Assembly: GCA_013239625.1 (NCBI GenBank)
Contig: MU054400.1
Location: forward strand, 4,403,802-4,467,801
Length of the DNA stretch: 64,000 bases
Origin: Lama guanicoe
Taxonomy: Eukaryota
Reading direction: 5' to 3'
A program made the translations under genes and the position numbers. Positions 49,627-62,914 of this stretch are shown here, piece after piece (positions within the stretch are counted from its first letter, which is position 1; every line of letters begins with the position of its first letter). The notes below the pieces were generated by a model that worked only from the letters and a program-made list of their open reading frames with translations, made no database searches and was not told where the DNA came from.

Positions 49627-52295
49627 TATTGGAAGAATCTATATTGTTAAAATGACCATACTTTCCAAGGCAATCTACAGATTCATTGCAAACCCTATCA
49701 AATTACCAACGGCATTTTTTCACAGAACTGGAACAAAAAATTTAAAATTGGTTTGGAAACACAAAACACCCGGAATAGCCAAAACAATCTTGAGAAATAA
49801 GAACGGAGCAGGAGGACTCACACTCCCCAACTTCAGACTATACAAAGCTACAGTAATCAAAACAGTATGGTCAATGGAACAGAATAGAGAGTCCAGACAT
49901 AAGCCCATGCACTTATAGTCAATTGATCTATGACAAAGGAGGCAAGAATATACAGCAGAGAAAGGACAGTCTCTTCAATAAGTGGTGCTGGGAAAACTGG
50001 GCAGCTACCTGTAAAAGCATGAAATTAGAACATTCTCTAACACATATACAAAAATAAACTCAAAATGATTAAAGATCTAAATGTAAGACCAGATACTCTA
50101 AAACTCCTAGAGGAAAACATAGAACACTCTGACATAAATTGCAGCAAATTTTTTTTCGATCTGTCTTCTAGACAGCTTGTAATAGAAACAAAAGCAAAAA
50201 CAAATAAATGAGAGCTAACTAAACTTAAAAGCTTTTTCACAACAAAGGAAACCATAAACAAAATGAAAAGACAACCTATGGAATAGGAGAAATATTTGCA
50301 AACAATGTGACTGACAAAGGATTACTTTCCAAAATAAACAGTTTTACAGCTCAATATCAAATAATAAACAACCCAATCAAAAAGTGGGCAGAAGACCTAA
50401 ATAGACACTTCTCCAAAGTAGATATACAGATGGCCCACAGACACATTAAAAGAAGCTCAACATTGTTAATTATTAGAGAAATGCAAATTAAAACTACAAT
50501 GAGGTACCACCTCACGCCTATCACAACGGCCATCATTCAAAAGTCAACAAACGATAAATGCTGGAGAGGGTGTGGAGAAAAGGGAGCCCTCCTACACTGT
50601 TGGTAGGAACGCAAATTGGTGAAGCCATCATGGAAAACAGTATGGAGATTCCTCAAAAAACTAAAAATAGACTTACCATATGATCCAGCAATCCCACTCC
50701 TGGGCATATATCAGGAGAAAACTGTAATTCAAAAAGACACATGCACCCCAGTGTTCACCACAGCACTTTTTACAATAGCCAGGGCGTGTAAACAACCTAA
50801 ATGTCCAACAACAGATGAGTAGATAAAGAAGATGTGGTGTGTGTGTAATATATATATATAACTCAGCCATAAAGAAGAATGAAATAATGCCATCTGCAGC
50901 AACACGGATAGACTTAGACATTATACTAAGTGAAGTAAGTCAGAGAACTACAAATACCGTAAGATATCACTTGTATGTGGAATCTAAGAAAATGATACAA
51001 ATGAACTTATTTACAAAACAGAAATAGACTCAGACAAAGAAAACAGACTTATGATTATCAAAGGGGGAGAGAGAGATAAACGGAATTTACAGATACATAT
51101 TACTATATATAAAATAAACAACAAGGACCTACTGTATAGCACAGGGAACCATATTTAATATCTTGTACTAACCCATAATGGAAAAGAATCAGAAAAGGAA
51201 TATACATAATACATACATATAAAATATATACTATATATGATATGTATAAGAAATATGTATAAGAATGAATATATATATATGTATACATATACTTATAAGC
51301 TTTTGCACAGCAAAAGAAACTATAAACGAAACAAAAAGACAACCTACAGAATGGGAGAAAATATTTGCAAAGATGTGACTGACAAAGGCTTAATCTCCAG
51401 AATATACAAACAGCTCATACACCTCAATAATGAAAAAACAAACAACCCAATCCAAAAATGGGCAGAAGACCGAAACAAGCAATTCTCCAGTGAAGACATA
51501 CAAATGGCCAATAGGCACTTGAAAAAATGCTCAATATTGCTAGTTATCAGAGAAATGCAAATCAAAACTACAATGAGCTATCACCTCACACCTATCACAA
51601 CGGCCATCATTCAAAAGTCAACAAACGATAAATGCTGGAGAGGGTGTGGAGAAAAGGGAGCCCTCCTACACTGTTGGTAGGAACGCAAATTGGTGAAGCC
51701 ATCATGGAAAACAGTATGGAGATTCCTCAAAAAACTAAAAATAGACTTACCCTATGATCCAGCAATCCCACTCCTAGGCATAAATCTGGAGGAAACTCTA
51801 ATTTGGAAAGATACATGGACCCCAGTGCTCATAGCAGCACTATTTACAATAGCCAGGACAAAATACCATATGCGATATCACTTACATGTGGAATCCAAGG
51901 GAAAAAAGAGACACAAATGAACTTATTTACAAAACAAAAACAGACACAGACACAGAAAGCAAACTTACGGTTAACAGAGGGGGAAAGGGGTGGGAGGGAT
52001 AAATTGAGAGCTCGAGATACTAACTACTATATATAAAATAAACAACAAGGTTCCACTGTATAACACAGGGAACTCTATTCAATACCTTGTAATGGTCTAT
52101 AATGAAAAAGAATATGAAAATAAACATATACATACACATGTATAACCGAATCTCTGTGCTGTATACCAGAAACTAACACAACATTGTAAACCAACGCTAC
52201 TTCAACTTTAAAAAGAATACATCTGTATACATGAATCACTCTGCTACATACCTGAAACACTGTAAATCAATTATACTTCAACAACAACAACAACA
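49627..52295 (+). mobile_element. LINE-1 (ORF2 3' third plus 3' UTR), outer element, degenerate 15-bp TSD
   Basis: [19 protein letters not shown]...; AAGAAGTGATTTTTG 49612-49626 versus AAGAAGAGATTATTG 52296-52310; 3' end resumes near 52215. Confidence 0.9.
51291..52214 (+). mobile_element. Second LINE-1 nested in the TA-rich 3' UTR of the outer L1
   Basis: ORF2 restarts at acttataagcttttgcacagc with its own 3' UTR and A tail; lacks about 165 bp near 51860. Confidence 0.88.
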
Positions 52296-53849
52296 AAGAA
52301 GAGATTATTGGGAATAAGAAGAAGGTAACCATGAGCCTCATCCCTCCCCATCCTGAGTTGAGGTAATGTGGTACCACTTACCTAGCCTTTGACACTGAGA
52401 AATTGCAGAGCTTAAGAATGAAGCAACAAGCCTGCTCTACAAGCTCATAGCTGCAGTCCACTGATGAGGAAATTCCCAAACCTTAAATAGAAACCACGCA
52501 ATCAACACACGATCTTTCTTCTGCGGACGCTCCTGCCTCGCTGGTATAATAGCAAGACCAGTGGATTTCATAACATTTTTTCAAGCTTGAGTAGAAAGCC
52601 AAGTCATTATTTCTGTAGAAATAAAATCATTGTGGGTGAGGATATGGAATCAACTGAAGTTGATTTAAAGGAGGTTTAAATCAGGAAGAACTCATTCGAC
52701 AAATCTATTACATCTAATACAGTAGATAAACAAAGATTTCATGTCAGAATAGTATTAACCACAATGTTTGGTGAACAGAATGAAACATTTTCCTTCTTCC
52801 AATCCTTCCTTTAAGATAGACAGCAACCACAGGGACCTATTATGGAATTAAAATTAATTCGTATTTTTTTTTCAGTTTTTGTATGTAGCCAACAATTCCT
52901 CTAAAATCCCCCTGGGCAGTCAGGCATTACTTTCTTTAAAAATGTTAGCAAAGTAAGGAAGTGTTTTGAATTCCAAGAAGCATTTGCTTTCACACTGCAA
53001 CTCCCGTATTACATGAGTTATGGGGATCTGAGGGAGACCAGAGGTGTGTGTGTCTAGACCTGACATTGGTTTGTAGCCTGGAAGTGGATGCAGCTAGAAA
53101 GATGAAAAAAAGAAGAAAAAAAAAAGCCTCTTTTTGCTCCCTGGGCAAAAATGCAAGATGAGAGAGCAGAGATCTGGCATTTAATGCTTCCTGGTGATAA
53201 ACATTCCTGCTCCCAGCAATCCACCCAGAAAAAAAAATCAGTACCATTCAAGTTCTCGTGGGCTTTAACCAAATCTGAATATTTTTACTCTTCTTTTCTA
53301 ATAGTGCTGGTTAAGTTTTGATGAACGTGTAGGTTTTAAAGGAAACAATATTTATAGACACCCCCAGGCTCTTAGCCGTGTGATCTGAGGGGACTGGGAA
53401 AGATGTGAAGGGTGGTGGCTGAAGGCAGTTTTGCTTCATTTGCATTCAAAACCCTCAAGACTTAGGGAAGGTGACTGTAAGCTTTGCAAACTAATAAGTC
53501 TCTCTGTTTATTAAAGCCTCCTGGTAACCCCAACCATATTTCTTTTACAGTTAAGCTCTGTTCTTTTTCACCTTTTGTCAATACGTGCTCCATCCTTACC
53601 GGGCAGTCCAGATGGATGGAGCCAGCAAAAGCTGACTACTGTGGACTGCAGTGTTTTTCACAAGGAAGATGTTTCTCTCTGAGGGCCTATTTAAGCTCCA
53701 TATGTAGGGATCCCTGGGTCTTTAAAGCTGCTCCTTACGGCTCCACCAGAAGGTGATACGTGGAGTGCTGACAAGGCGCCTGGGATGGTGATCAGCTCTT
53801 TCCCGAACCTACGCTTGTTCCTGCCAGCTCACAGCCCACAGCACTCAAC

Positions 53850-54298
53850 TGTACTGGGTTGTGTCCTTCCAAAAGTCATGTCCACCTGGGTCCTTAGAAT
53901 GTGACCTTACTTGGGAATAAGATTTTTCAGTTGTCATTCATTAAGATGAGGTCCTACTGGGGTACAGTGAGCCCTACTCCAATGACGAGTGTCTTTATCA
54001 GAAGGCCATGTGGAGACAGACACACAGAGGGGAACGCCACATGCAAACAAAGGCAGAGGTTGAAGTGACATGGCTACTTGCCAACAGATGACAAGGATTG
54101 CTGGAAAACACCAGAAACTAGGAGAGAGGCATGGAACAGATTCCCTCTCAGAGCTTCTAGTAAAAACCAACCCTGCCAACACCACGATTTCAGACTTCCA
54201 GGCTCCAGAACTGTGACAGAACATATTTCTGTTGCTTTAAGCTCTTCCCACCCCTGCCACCAAGTACTCTGTTACAGCAGCCCCAAGAAACTGACATG
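53850..54298 (+). mobile_element. MaLR solo LTR (MLT1C-like)
   Basis: agaatgtgaccttacttgggaataag, ttaagatgaggtc, gaggcatggaacagattccctctcagag, ctccagaactgtgacagaa. Confidence 0.9.
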
Positions 54299-55029
54299 TG
54301 GATCGCGGGAGAGAAATAAGATGGACACCTTCAAAAACAGACACCTGAAGCTTTAAAATTAGGCTTTAAGAAGATATTATTAAGCCTTCACTGAATACGC
54401 AAGATGGTGGTTTTTTTGGACTTGACAGCCCGGGGAGATAAGTAAGTTCCTTGGTTCCCTCCGAGATCAGATAATTTTGTGTTCTTCCTACAATCGAAAC
54501 TTCAATATGAAAGGAATTCGCAGGAGATAACTACTCTGTTCTCCGGTTTAGACAAGACTATGGCCCCAGCATGCCGTATCATTAAGATTTTTAGGAAAAA
54601 AAAAATTTCTTCTGGACACACAACCTTTGGGATACAAAAGGGTTAGTGAATTTTAATGGACACCATTTTATTACCAAAACTATTAAAAGAAAGGTACCAA
54701 ACACTCAACAAAATCCAACAATCACTGTGGTACTATTTCCTACAAATTTACTATGAAGTAGAGGACACCAGAAGTCAAGAAGCTCAAAAAAGCCATGGAC
54801 CCTGTAGAAGTATTCAGTGTGACCTTTAAAATGTATCTTACAATTAAAATATAGTTTATCCCTATAAAGAACTACATTACTCTGTTCTAATTCCGGATCA
54901 AATGATAAATTAGTTCACATTTTTAGAAAAGCAACTGACAGCTCACATATAAAAACACATATACATACTCAGGTGTGAATACACTGATGTCTGCTAGCCA
55001 CTGGCTGCTTACGTCCATCTGTGTTCTTA

Positions 55030-56700
55030 AGGGCACTGAATATGCTGAAAAAACCTCATGCTACAGAACAAACAAAAATTCTAAATAACAAAGAACAAAC
55101 ATACTTTAAAAATGCACATCTGATCATATGCCTAAATAAAATAAGGGACCAAAATAGAAAAGAAAGATGACAACACAAGTAATAAGTAGGAGCTGGCACT
55201 CAGGTTACCCAGGGGACACTGTAAGACCCTAGTTTTAGTGCCTTCCAAGCCCAGAAGTCAAGGACTTGGACTTGCATGAGGCAGAGAGTCCAAACTGAGA
55301 CACTGGCATGGAGTCAAAGAAGCAAACCCTCAGAGAAAAGGTGGAGAAAAAAAAATTAAATAAAAACAGTGAGAAAATCAGAAAAGGCAGAATACAAGAA
55401 AACGTTTCTGTTTCCTCCTACACTCTAGTTTGAGAGGAAAAAAAATCTTTTGTGAGAATTTTTAACCACAGACCTGCACTTTCACAGGTTTGATATTCAT
55501 TTTACACCACAGCATGTGGTCCAGGAAACTCCAAACCAAAAAATTAACCTGAAAAAGTGTCGTCCTGGGTGCCAATCAGGAAACCTCAATCCAGACCACA
55601 CAAGATTCCCATAAAATGTGAGCTCAAAATCCAAACATAAGAGGAAACAAGGCAAAATAGACAAGAATCACATAATCAAAAAGCATCAGATTCAGATCCT
55701 TAAGATTTTCAGGTTATGGAAATTTTAGAAACCAACTAGAAAATATGTTTAAAATAATTCAACTGAAATAATGGAATAAATATAAGAGAAAACAACTAGA
55801 TCCAATCCAACCTGAAATAGAATCAGATAGAACTTATTGCAAGAAATGTAGTCTCTGACTTTGAAAACTCAATGGACAACAGATGAAAGGAAAAAGCAAA
55901 TGTGGTACAGTGTGTAATGGAATATTATTCAGCAATGAAAAAGAACCAACCACTGATGCATGCTCCAACAAAAATGAAGCTCAAAAGCATATTACTAAGT
56001 AAAAGAAACCAAACACAAAAAAACCACATACTGTATGATTCCATTTGTACAAAATGTCCATAAAGAACGAATTTATAGAGACAGAAATAGATTAGCGGTT
56101 TTCTAGCACTGGGGGTGAGAATAAAGATTAATAATAAAGGTTCATGAGCCATTTTAAGGGACAATAGAAATGTTCTCAAATTGGATTATGATGATGTCTA
56201 CACAACTAGATAAATTCACTAAAAGGCACAGTGAACTGTAAATTTAAATGGCTGGATTTCTATATGTAAATCATACACATTTATGTAAATTATTCATGTA
56301 AAATTTATTTCAATATGTTTGTCTTTAAAAACTCAGTGGGAAAATTAAACAGCAGATTAGACAATGTCAAAACTGGAGAATAAATCTGAAGAAATTACAC
56401 TGAATGCAGACCAGAAAGAGATGGAAAATATGAAAGAAAGGTAAGGAAAGTTGAGAAGTATAAGAAGGCCCAATATATATCTATTAGGAGTTCCAGAAAA
56501 GGAAGTGGTAGAGAAAAGAAGAAAAAGAAGAGAGGGGAGGAAGATCTCGTGAAAGAAACAAAGGCTGAGAATTTTCTACACCTGATAAAAGGTTTGAATC
56601 ACAAGCTAAGTAGATAAAAAGAAACCCACACATAGATACGTTGTGTTGAAGTTACAGAACCACCGGAAAAGAGACGCTCTTCAAAGCAGTAAGAGAGAAC
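55030..56700 (+). mobile_element. Ancient L1/HAL1 5'-ORF1-like remnant with a nested L1M 3' end (about 55870-56320)
   Basis: aactggagaataaatctgaagaaattacac...ggagttccagaa...ggctgagaattttc (ORF1-like); aatggaatattattcagcaatgaaaaagaac (3' end). Confidence 0.7.
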
Positions 56701-57239
56701 GTTCATTATAGAAACTAGGGAGAGGAAGCAATTTTTATCAAGAAGTCACAAAAGAAACAATGTAACTGGAGCCTGGAAAGAAGATTAAGGTTTAGCAAAA
56801 TGGATTTGAGGAAGGGAGGACATTCTAATCACAGGTGTGAGAAGGAAATCCTATGCAAAGATGCAAAGGCCAAAATGTACACAGGAGTCAAGTTTAGGGA
56901 GGCAAAGCCCAGGCAGTCAAGTGGGCATTGAAAGGCCCTCTCAAGGCTTAGACTTATTGATCCACTACAATTAAAAATACTCCCTGACTGATTCATCAGG
57001 GAGCCTTGCTTATCAAGCTGACCCTTGTTTCACAGCAACCAGAGAAGTTCTATGACTTTGAAACTGGAAAGGCAGTTTTCTAAAAGCCAGAGTGCATTTT
57101 CCATTGGAACCCATTAGGGGCGTGAGGTCCAAGTTAAACCTGAACTGGGGAAATGTGGGGAGACCCAGGTTACCGCTGGGACAGCCAAGCTCATCAGGCA
57201 GACGACGGGGACTGCTTTGGCCTTCCCTGTGTATTTTCT

Positions 57240-57360
57240 CTAAATGCATATAAATGCAACAGGCCTGGGAAAAAGGTGAGTCATAAAGGTGGAAAAATAT
57301 TTTGGCTGCAGCTTTGGCGAGAGGTGAAATGCATTAACCTTGCAATGAGTCACCATCACC
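57240..57360. promoter_or_regulatory. Candidate AP-1/NFAT enhancer
   Basis: TGAGTCA 57277-57283 and 57346-57352; GGAAAA 57268-57273 and TGGAAAA 57290-57296; TATAAAT 57249-57255. Confidence 0.35.
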
Positions 57361-58034
57361 TCAGGCAGCTTAAAAGAAAAAAGAAAAAAAAAAAAAACCC
57401 TCAGCCACCATGGCTACAGATCTCTGGGAGCCTGTCTGACAGAGAGTGTCAGGATTTGGTAACTTCTTGTCTGGCGTGGGTGCAGCCCGGTGCGAGTTTA
57501 GTTTCTCCAGAAGAAGGTCTGAAATGCCTTGTTTCCAGCCCGCAGCCTGTGGGGCTGGCTCTTCCTCCTTCCAAACCCCAGCGGGAAACACAGCTGCAAC
57601 CCACCTGCTTCCGTGGGGCCAGTTTCACTCCCCGTGAAGCTGCTAGCGCCAACAGGGACCCTCAAATAGACATATTTTTAAAAATCAGGCACTGCCAATT
57701 AAATTCCAAGAAATTACACTGGTAGTGAAATGATGTGGAATGTACTTCTCTGAACTGTGGCTGCCAGACCATTTGAAATAGACCCGAACGACTCACTAGT
57801 AGGCTCAAATATGATCAAAACTAACTGTTCCTCCATTAGAGCATTTTAGAAAAATAATCGCAAGTCCTTCACCTTATTTCAAACCTCCGTTGATGTTTAC
57901 AAAGGAGTTAACATTCTCTGATAACCATTTGATAAGGGAGAGGATTGAAGATCTGTCAAGTTGTATCAGTAAATAAACACTGGTTTATGTACATCATCCT
58001 TAGAACAGAGCTGCACCCCTCCCATAGGCAAGGA

Positions 58035-58230
58035 GGGCAGCGTGAAGCACTGCACAGACCTGGATTTGAATCTGCACTAGGCGCTTAGCAGCGTGTGACC
58101 TTGGCCAAGTTACTCAGCCTTGCTGAGCCTCAGCTTTCTCATACGTAAAATGAGGGGACAGCACCTAGGCAGGGTGGGTGTGAGGACAAAACGAGAGGAC
58201 AAATATACCATTCCTTAGTGGTCAATCATG
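58035..58230 (+). mobile_element. MIR SINE
   Basis: cagacctggatttgaatc...gtgtgaccttggccaagttactcagccttgctgagcctcagctttctcat. Confidence 0.85.
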
Positions 58231-59004
58231 TCGGTTCCCTCCTCTCTCCCTTCCTCATAGCTCTACCCCTCAGGGAACTGGCCGCTGGAGCCGGTAAGCT
58301 AGTCCAAGTCTGTAAAAGGAGTGGGAAGCATTTGGACTGACAGAGGGAAATGCATTCTCGACAGCAGTAAAAGACATCAGCTACTCTAAAGGGTGATGGG
58401 GAGACAATGAGGCAGGCAGGTGGCCGAAGGAGCTACTCCTACTGGTCCAGCTGGATGGAGAGTCAGGCATGGCTGGAGGAAGGGGGTCCTTGGGTATTAC
58501 ATTGAGTATTTAAGCTTTATGCTCTCAAGGATGATGAGTCTGTGAAGGTTTTGAAGCTGAGAAAAATGCTGAGGACTGCAGGGTGGAGGAGGGTATGAAA
58601 GGAACGTGGTCTAAACATTCTTTTAATGATAGACAGTGAATGATCCAAAGGAGGGCTTGACTGTCAGTGTTCTCTTTGGGCTGTCACCATCTCCCTGCAT
58701 CAGCTGTCACTTGGCCTGCCATCTAAAGGAATCCACATGCAGACAAGTGTAAGAGACTGGATGACATACCAAGCAATTACGAGCCACCACGCTGCCTCGG
58801 GGAACAGGAGGCATCTTAGAACCAGATGAAGCTGCACCAGAATTCGGGGCAATAGGGTTCCAACCTACCCCCGGAGAAGCAGAAGTGATGGACTTGCGTT
58901 CACCAGTGCCCCTCCTGGGTCTCCTTGAACTCCAATGTAAGTGAGAGGGACAGAGGGAATTTTGTCCAGGTTAAGATTTCTCTAGTCCTACTCTGAAACA
59001 TCGG

Positions 59005-59105
59005 ATTTTAGTCTGTCTCCAGTGGAGGCTGAGATGTTCCGTTTTGAGAACCACTCAGGTGATTCTGGGTCCAACAGTCCAGAACCACACTTGGAGATAG
59101 GTGCT
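59005..59105. mobile_element. MER5-like hAT fragment
   Basis: caggtgattctg...agaaccacacttggag. Confidence 0.4.
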
Positions 59106-59499
59106 TGAGATGGCCAGGTCCATGAGCGCAGAGAAGACGGCTCCCTCTGTCACTGCCGTGTCCTTGTGCATAACACATGTGCCCATTCATGGTTTTGAAT
59201 GAGTGAAGACAACGCAAAAGCGAATCAACATTTGAGCTCCTTCTTCTACAAGGCCTCACTCCTGTGTCCTGAAATAACAGGCTTCCACTGGAAGTGCTCC
59301 CGGCTGTCAAAAGCATCCCCTGTGTTCTGCCCTTGGGCACAGGGACTGGTCTGTGGTCAGTGTACTGAGTACATGGACGATTTTGAGGGGGCACAAGTGG
59401 GTATTTGGCAAAACAGCCTTTTTTAAAAAACAGTAAATCTCCTAACACAATGCTTTCAAATCAAAAATGCTTACCACGTAACATTGTAGTAATGTTTCA

Positions 59500-59960
59500 T
59501 ATTTTCTTCACCAATATTTAGTAAGTATATTTAGTAATGACCTACTACGGGACAGGCACTCCATTAAATATGAGATGAATGAAATCAAACAAAGTCCCTG
59601 TGCTTATGGAGTTTATGGACCCCATGGAGAGACAGACCTTAGCCACATGCTCACACAAATCAATGTGACATTACAACTGTGATGTGCGAAGGAGAGGAAA
59701 TAGTAGGGGGGTGGGGGAGTCTGCCCCAGTGAGCAGAAGGTCCAGAAAGCTTTCCCCGAGGCAGAGAGGAAGTTGCTGGAGGCACAGAGGATGAGAAGGA
59801 AGGGGAGATGGAAAATGCAGATGAGCACTGCAGGCAGAGGGACCAGAGAAAGCCAAGATGTCTGGGTAAAGGAGACGAAGTGGTGAGCTCATCTTGAGCC
59901 GTTAAACATGTTACTCAGAAAACATTCAAGGGCTTTGATCGGAGCTAATTGTGATTAAGA
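59500..59960 (-). mobile_element. L2 3' end
   Basis: acctactacgggacaggcact...gtccctgtgcttatggagttta...ggtccagaaagctttcccc. Confidence 0.75.
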
Positions 59961-61442
59961 AGGACTACATACCACGTGCTCTCGGTAACAGACGTTGCAC
60001 ACGGAAAACTGCTACAGTTGAGGTGCAGGTATGTTTGCCCCTGTTAACCTCTCCAAGAATTTCAGTGGTGTCACAAGACGACAGACCTGATCGTTCCTTT
60101 CAGACAGCTGAAGTGAAACAAATATTTAATGCTCCTTTAGAGCACTAGGTGGGTGATCAGCTTGCTGAAATGGCAAGATTGCTTTCTTATTCCAGACAAT
60201 CTCATAAATGACAAATAGGCAGAAGGGAAGCACTAAGTACTTAAAAAATATTCTAGCTGCATTATTAAAAGACACTGAAAACCATTAAACAAATTTTTTA
60301 AAATTTCATATCATGTTCATATTAATGGGTCTAGAAAATTGACATAAAGATTGTCAATTTCACAGTGCTACATTGATAGAACTATAAATAATTTTACACC
60401 TCTATCATATCGGGCATGTCAGATAATCGTACGATTCTACAGTAAAATATGTGTCTGTATTGCTTTTATACAAATATACTTTACTTGGAATGAAGAGCAA
60501 AATAATACAGGCATCTATTAGCTTAAACAATTTTAACAGATAGAAAATTAGCAGTATCTTTGCTATTCAGAAATTTCCATTTAGAATATAAATTTTTTAA
60601 AGCACACAGAAATATTTCTGTAGACCTGTCAAGGTAAAATACTGCAAAATATCTCAGATTCCACAAGCCCTACTTTTGGACTAATCCGGCATCACTGAAA
60701 GTATTAAAGGCACTAAATTGAATATAATCATTTTAACAGTGCTTTTCTTAGTTTTCGCTCAAGCCAAATGTCTTTGGCTAAATCCTAGACTCAATGAGCA
60801 ACTCTCATTAAACCTTAAAAGTTGTGACACGTGGCATGGTGGAGTAAAAGGACCCTTTTAATTGCCTTTCCAGTTTGCAGATTATTTCTAAATGCATTGC
60901 TTTATGAAACTGGATATTTAAAAGTCTGCTTTTTCTTTCAGCACTCGTGATTTTGAGCTATTCATTTCATTTATGTCGGTGGTATGTCACGCACTACATC
61001 TCAAGCTGTATTTTAGAACTCATTTCATCATGCAAACACATGCAAGGTGTAGAGAAGGATCCAGAATGAGGTGGAGATCACATTTCTCCCCATCACACAG
61101 GCTATAAAGTGCAACCAGTTAAAATTCTGTCACGCTCCTGGGTCCAATTTGAGTTATTCAGTATTTTTCATTTCTAAAACAAACTGCTTGGAAAAAACCA
61201 AAAACTCAAGGCTAATTATCACGTTTTCTTTTTTGATAGAAACAACTTGATTGCAAATCTCATTTAACAGAAGAGTCTTTTGTTGGGAGATGGGGCTCAT
61301 GGGAAAGGCACATTTGGTATATAGGTCTACACTCTGCATGTAGACCTCCAGGACCAGCCCGACTGACATCTCCAAAGAGGGGACCCCAGGGTTCATCCAA
61401 CCCACAGCTGCCTCCAGGCCTTGCTCCTCCTCAGCCCATCTT

Positions 61443-62155
61443 TTTGTTTTTAATCTTTATGTATTTGTTTTTAATTGAAGTATAGTCAGTTCACAATGTT
61501 GTATTAATTTCTGGTGTACAGTATAGTGGTTCAGTTATATATATATTTTCTTTTCATATTCTTTTTCCTTATAGGTTATTACAAGATAGTGAATATAGAC
61601 TGTTCCCTGTGCTATACAGTAGGTCCCTGCTGTTTATCTATTTTATATATAGTAGAATCCACAAATCCTGGACTCCCAATTTATCCCTTCCCACCCCCTT
61701 TCCCCCGGTAACCACAAGTTTGCTTTCTATGTCTGTGAGTCTGTTTCTCTTTTGTAAATAAGTTCATTTGTGTCATTTTTTTAGAGTCCACATATAAGTC
61801 ATATCATACGGTATTTTTCTTTCTCTTTTTGGCTTAGTTCACTTAGTATGACATTCTCCAAGTCCATCCATGTTGCTGCAAATGACATTATTTTATTCTT
61901 CTTTATGGCTGAGTAGTATTCTATTGTATATATACCACATCTTCTTTATCCAGCCATCTATAGATGGACAGGTAGATTGCTTCCATGTCTTGGCTACTGT
62001 AAATAGTGCTGCTACAAACATTGGGGTCCATGTATCTTTTCAAATTAGAGTTCCCTCCAGATACATGCCCAGAAGTGGGATTGCTGGATCATTTTAGGTT
62101 TTTGAGGAATCTCCATACTATCGCCTATGATGGCTGCACCAAACCACATTCCCAG
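61443..62155 (-). mobile_element. 5'-truncated LINE-1 with 16-bp TSD
   Basis: Antisense T-rich tail, 3' UTR and ORF2 end; CTCCTCAG(C/T)CCATCTT at 61427-61442 and 62156-62171. Confidence 0.93.
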
Positions 62156-62214
62156 CTCCTCAGTCCATCTTAATTCTGATAGCTACTTGACTGTTACCTA
62201 AAACACAGAAGGGG

Positions 62215-62675
62215 ACTGAATTCATCTGCAAGGGCTGCTGTAAAGAAGCCACAAACCAAGTGGCTTCAACAACGGAAACCTATTGTCTCACAGTCCTGGA
62301 GGCTGGAGGTCTGAGATCCGGCGTCGGCAGGGTTGGTTCCTTCCGAGGCTGGGAAGGAGAGTCGGCTCCAGGCTTCTCCCCTGGCTTCTGGTGGTTGGCT
62401 GGCCACCTTTGGCATCCCTCAGCTTATAAATCATCACTCCATCTCTGCTTTCATCTTCACGTGGCATTCTCTCTGTGTGTTGTCCTGGGTCCACATTTCC
62501 CCTTTATATAAGAACACCAGTCATATTGAATTAGAGGCCCGCCTACTCCTGCATGACCTCATCTTAACCTAATTATATCTCTAGCCACCCTGTTCCCAAG
62601 TAAGGTCACATTCTGAGGGGCTGAGGGCTAAGACTTCAACACATGATTTTTGAGGAGACAGTTCAACTCCTAACA
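62215..62675 (-). mobile_element. MaLR solo LTR (MLT1C-like)
   Basis: tgtctcacagtcctggaggctggaggtctgagatc...atgacctcatcttaac...aaggtcacattctgagg. Confidence 0.9.
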
Positions 62676-62689
62676 GGTACCCTATATAT

Positions 62690-62910
62690 TCTAGGGGATT
62701 GTAAACTGTACGTTAATATATAGTAAAAATTCTGGAAGGATATATACTGAGTAATTAACCACAGTTCCCTCTGGGATGAGGATCAGGCAGACCAGGGCGG
62801 GTGTGGAAGTCAAAGGAGATTTACTGTCACCTGTAACATCTTCATTTTTCACAAGGAAAGGAAGTTGAATAGTGCTTGCATAAGTAAAAATTCATATAGA
62901 TAAATTAAGG
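62690..62910 (+). mobile_element. Ancient L1ME-like 3' UTR remnant
   Basis: aaattctggaaggatatatact...cagttccctctggga. Confidence 0.5.
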
Positions 62911-62914
62911 TTGT

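Noticed and set aside
352..52845. CArG boxes at 352, 8520 (formed at the SINE junction), 47936 and 52836
   Set aside because: A handful is expected by chance in 64 kb at this base composition, and they are not clustered.
57153..57725. 190-aa ORF with a poly-Lys stretch
   Set aside because: The Lys run comes from a poly(A) tract; no homology recognised.
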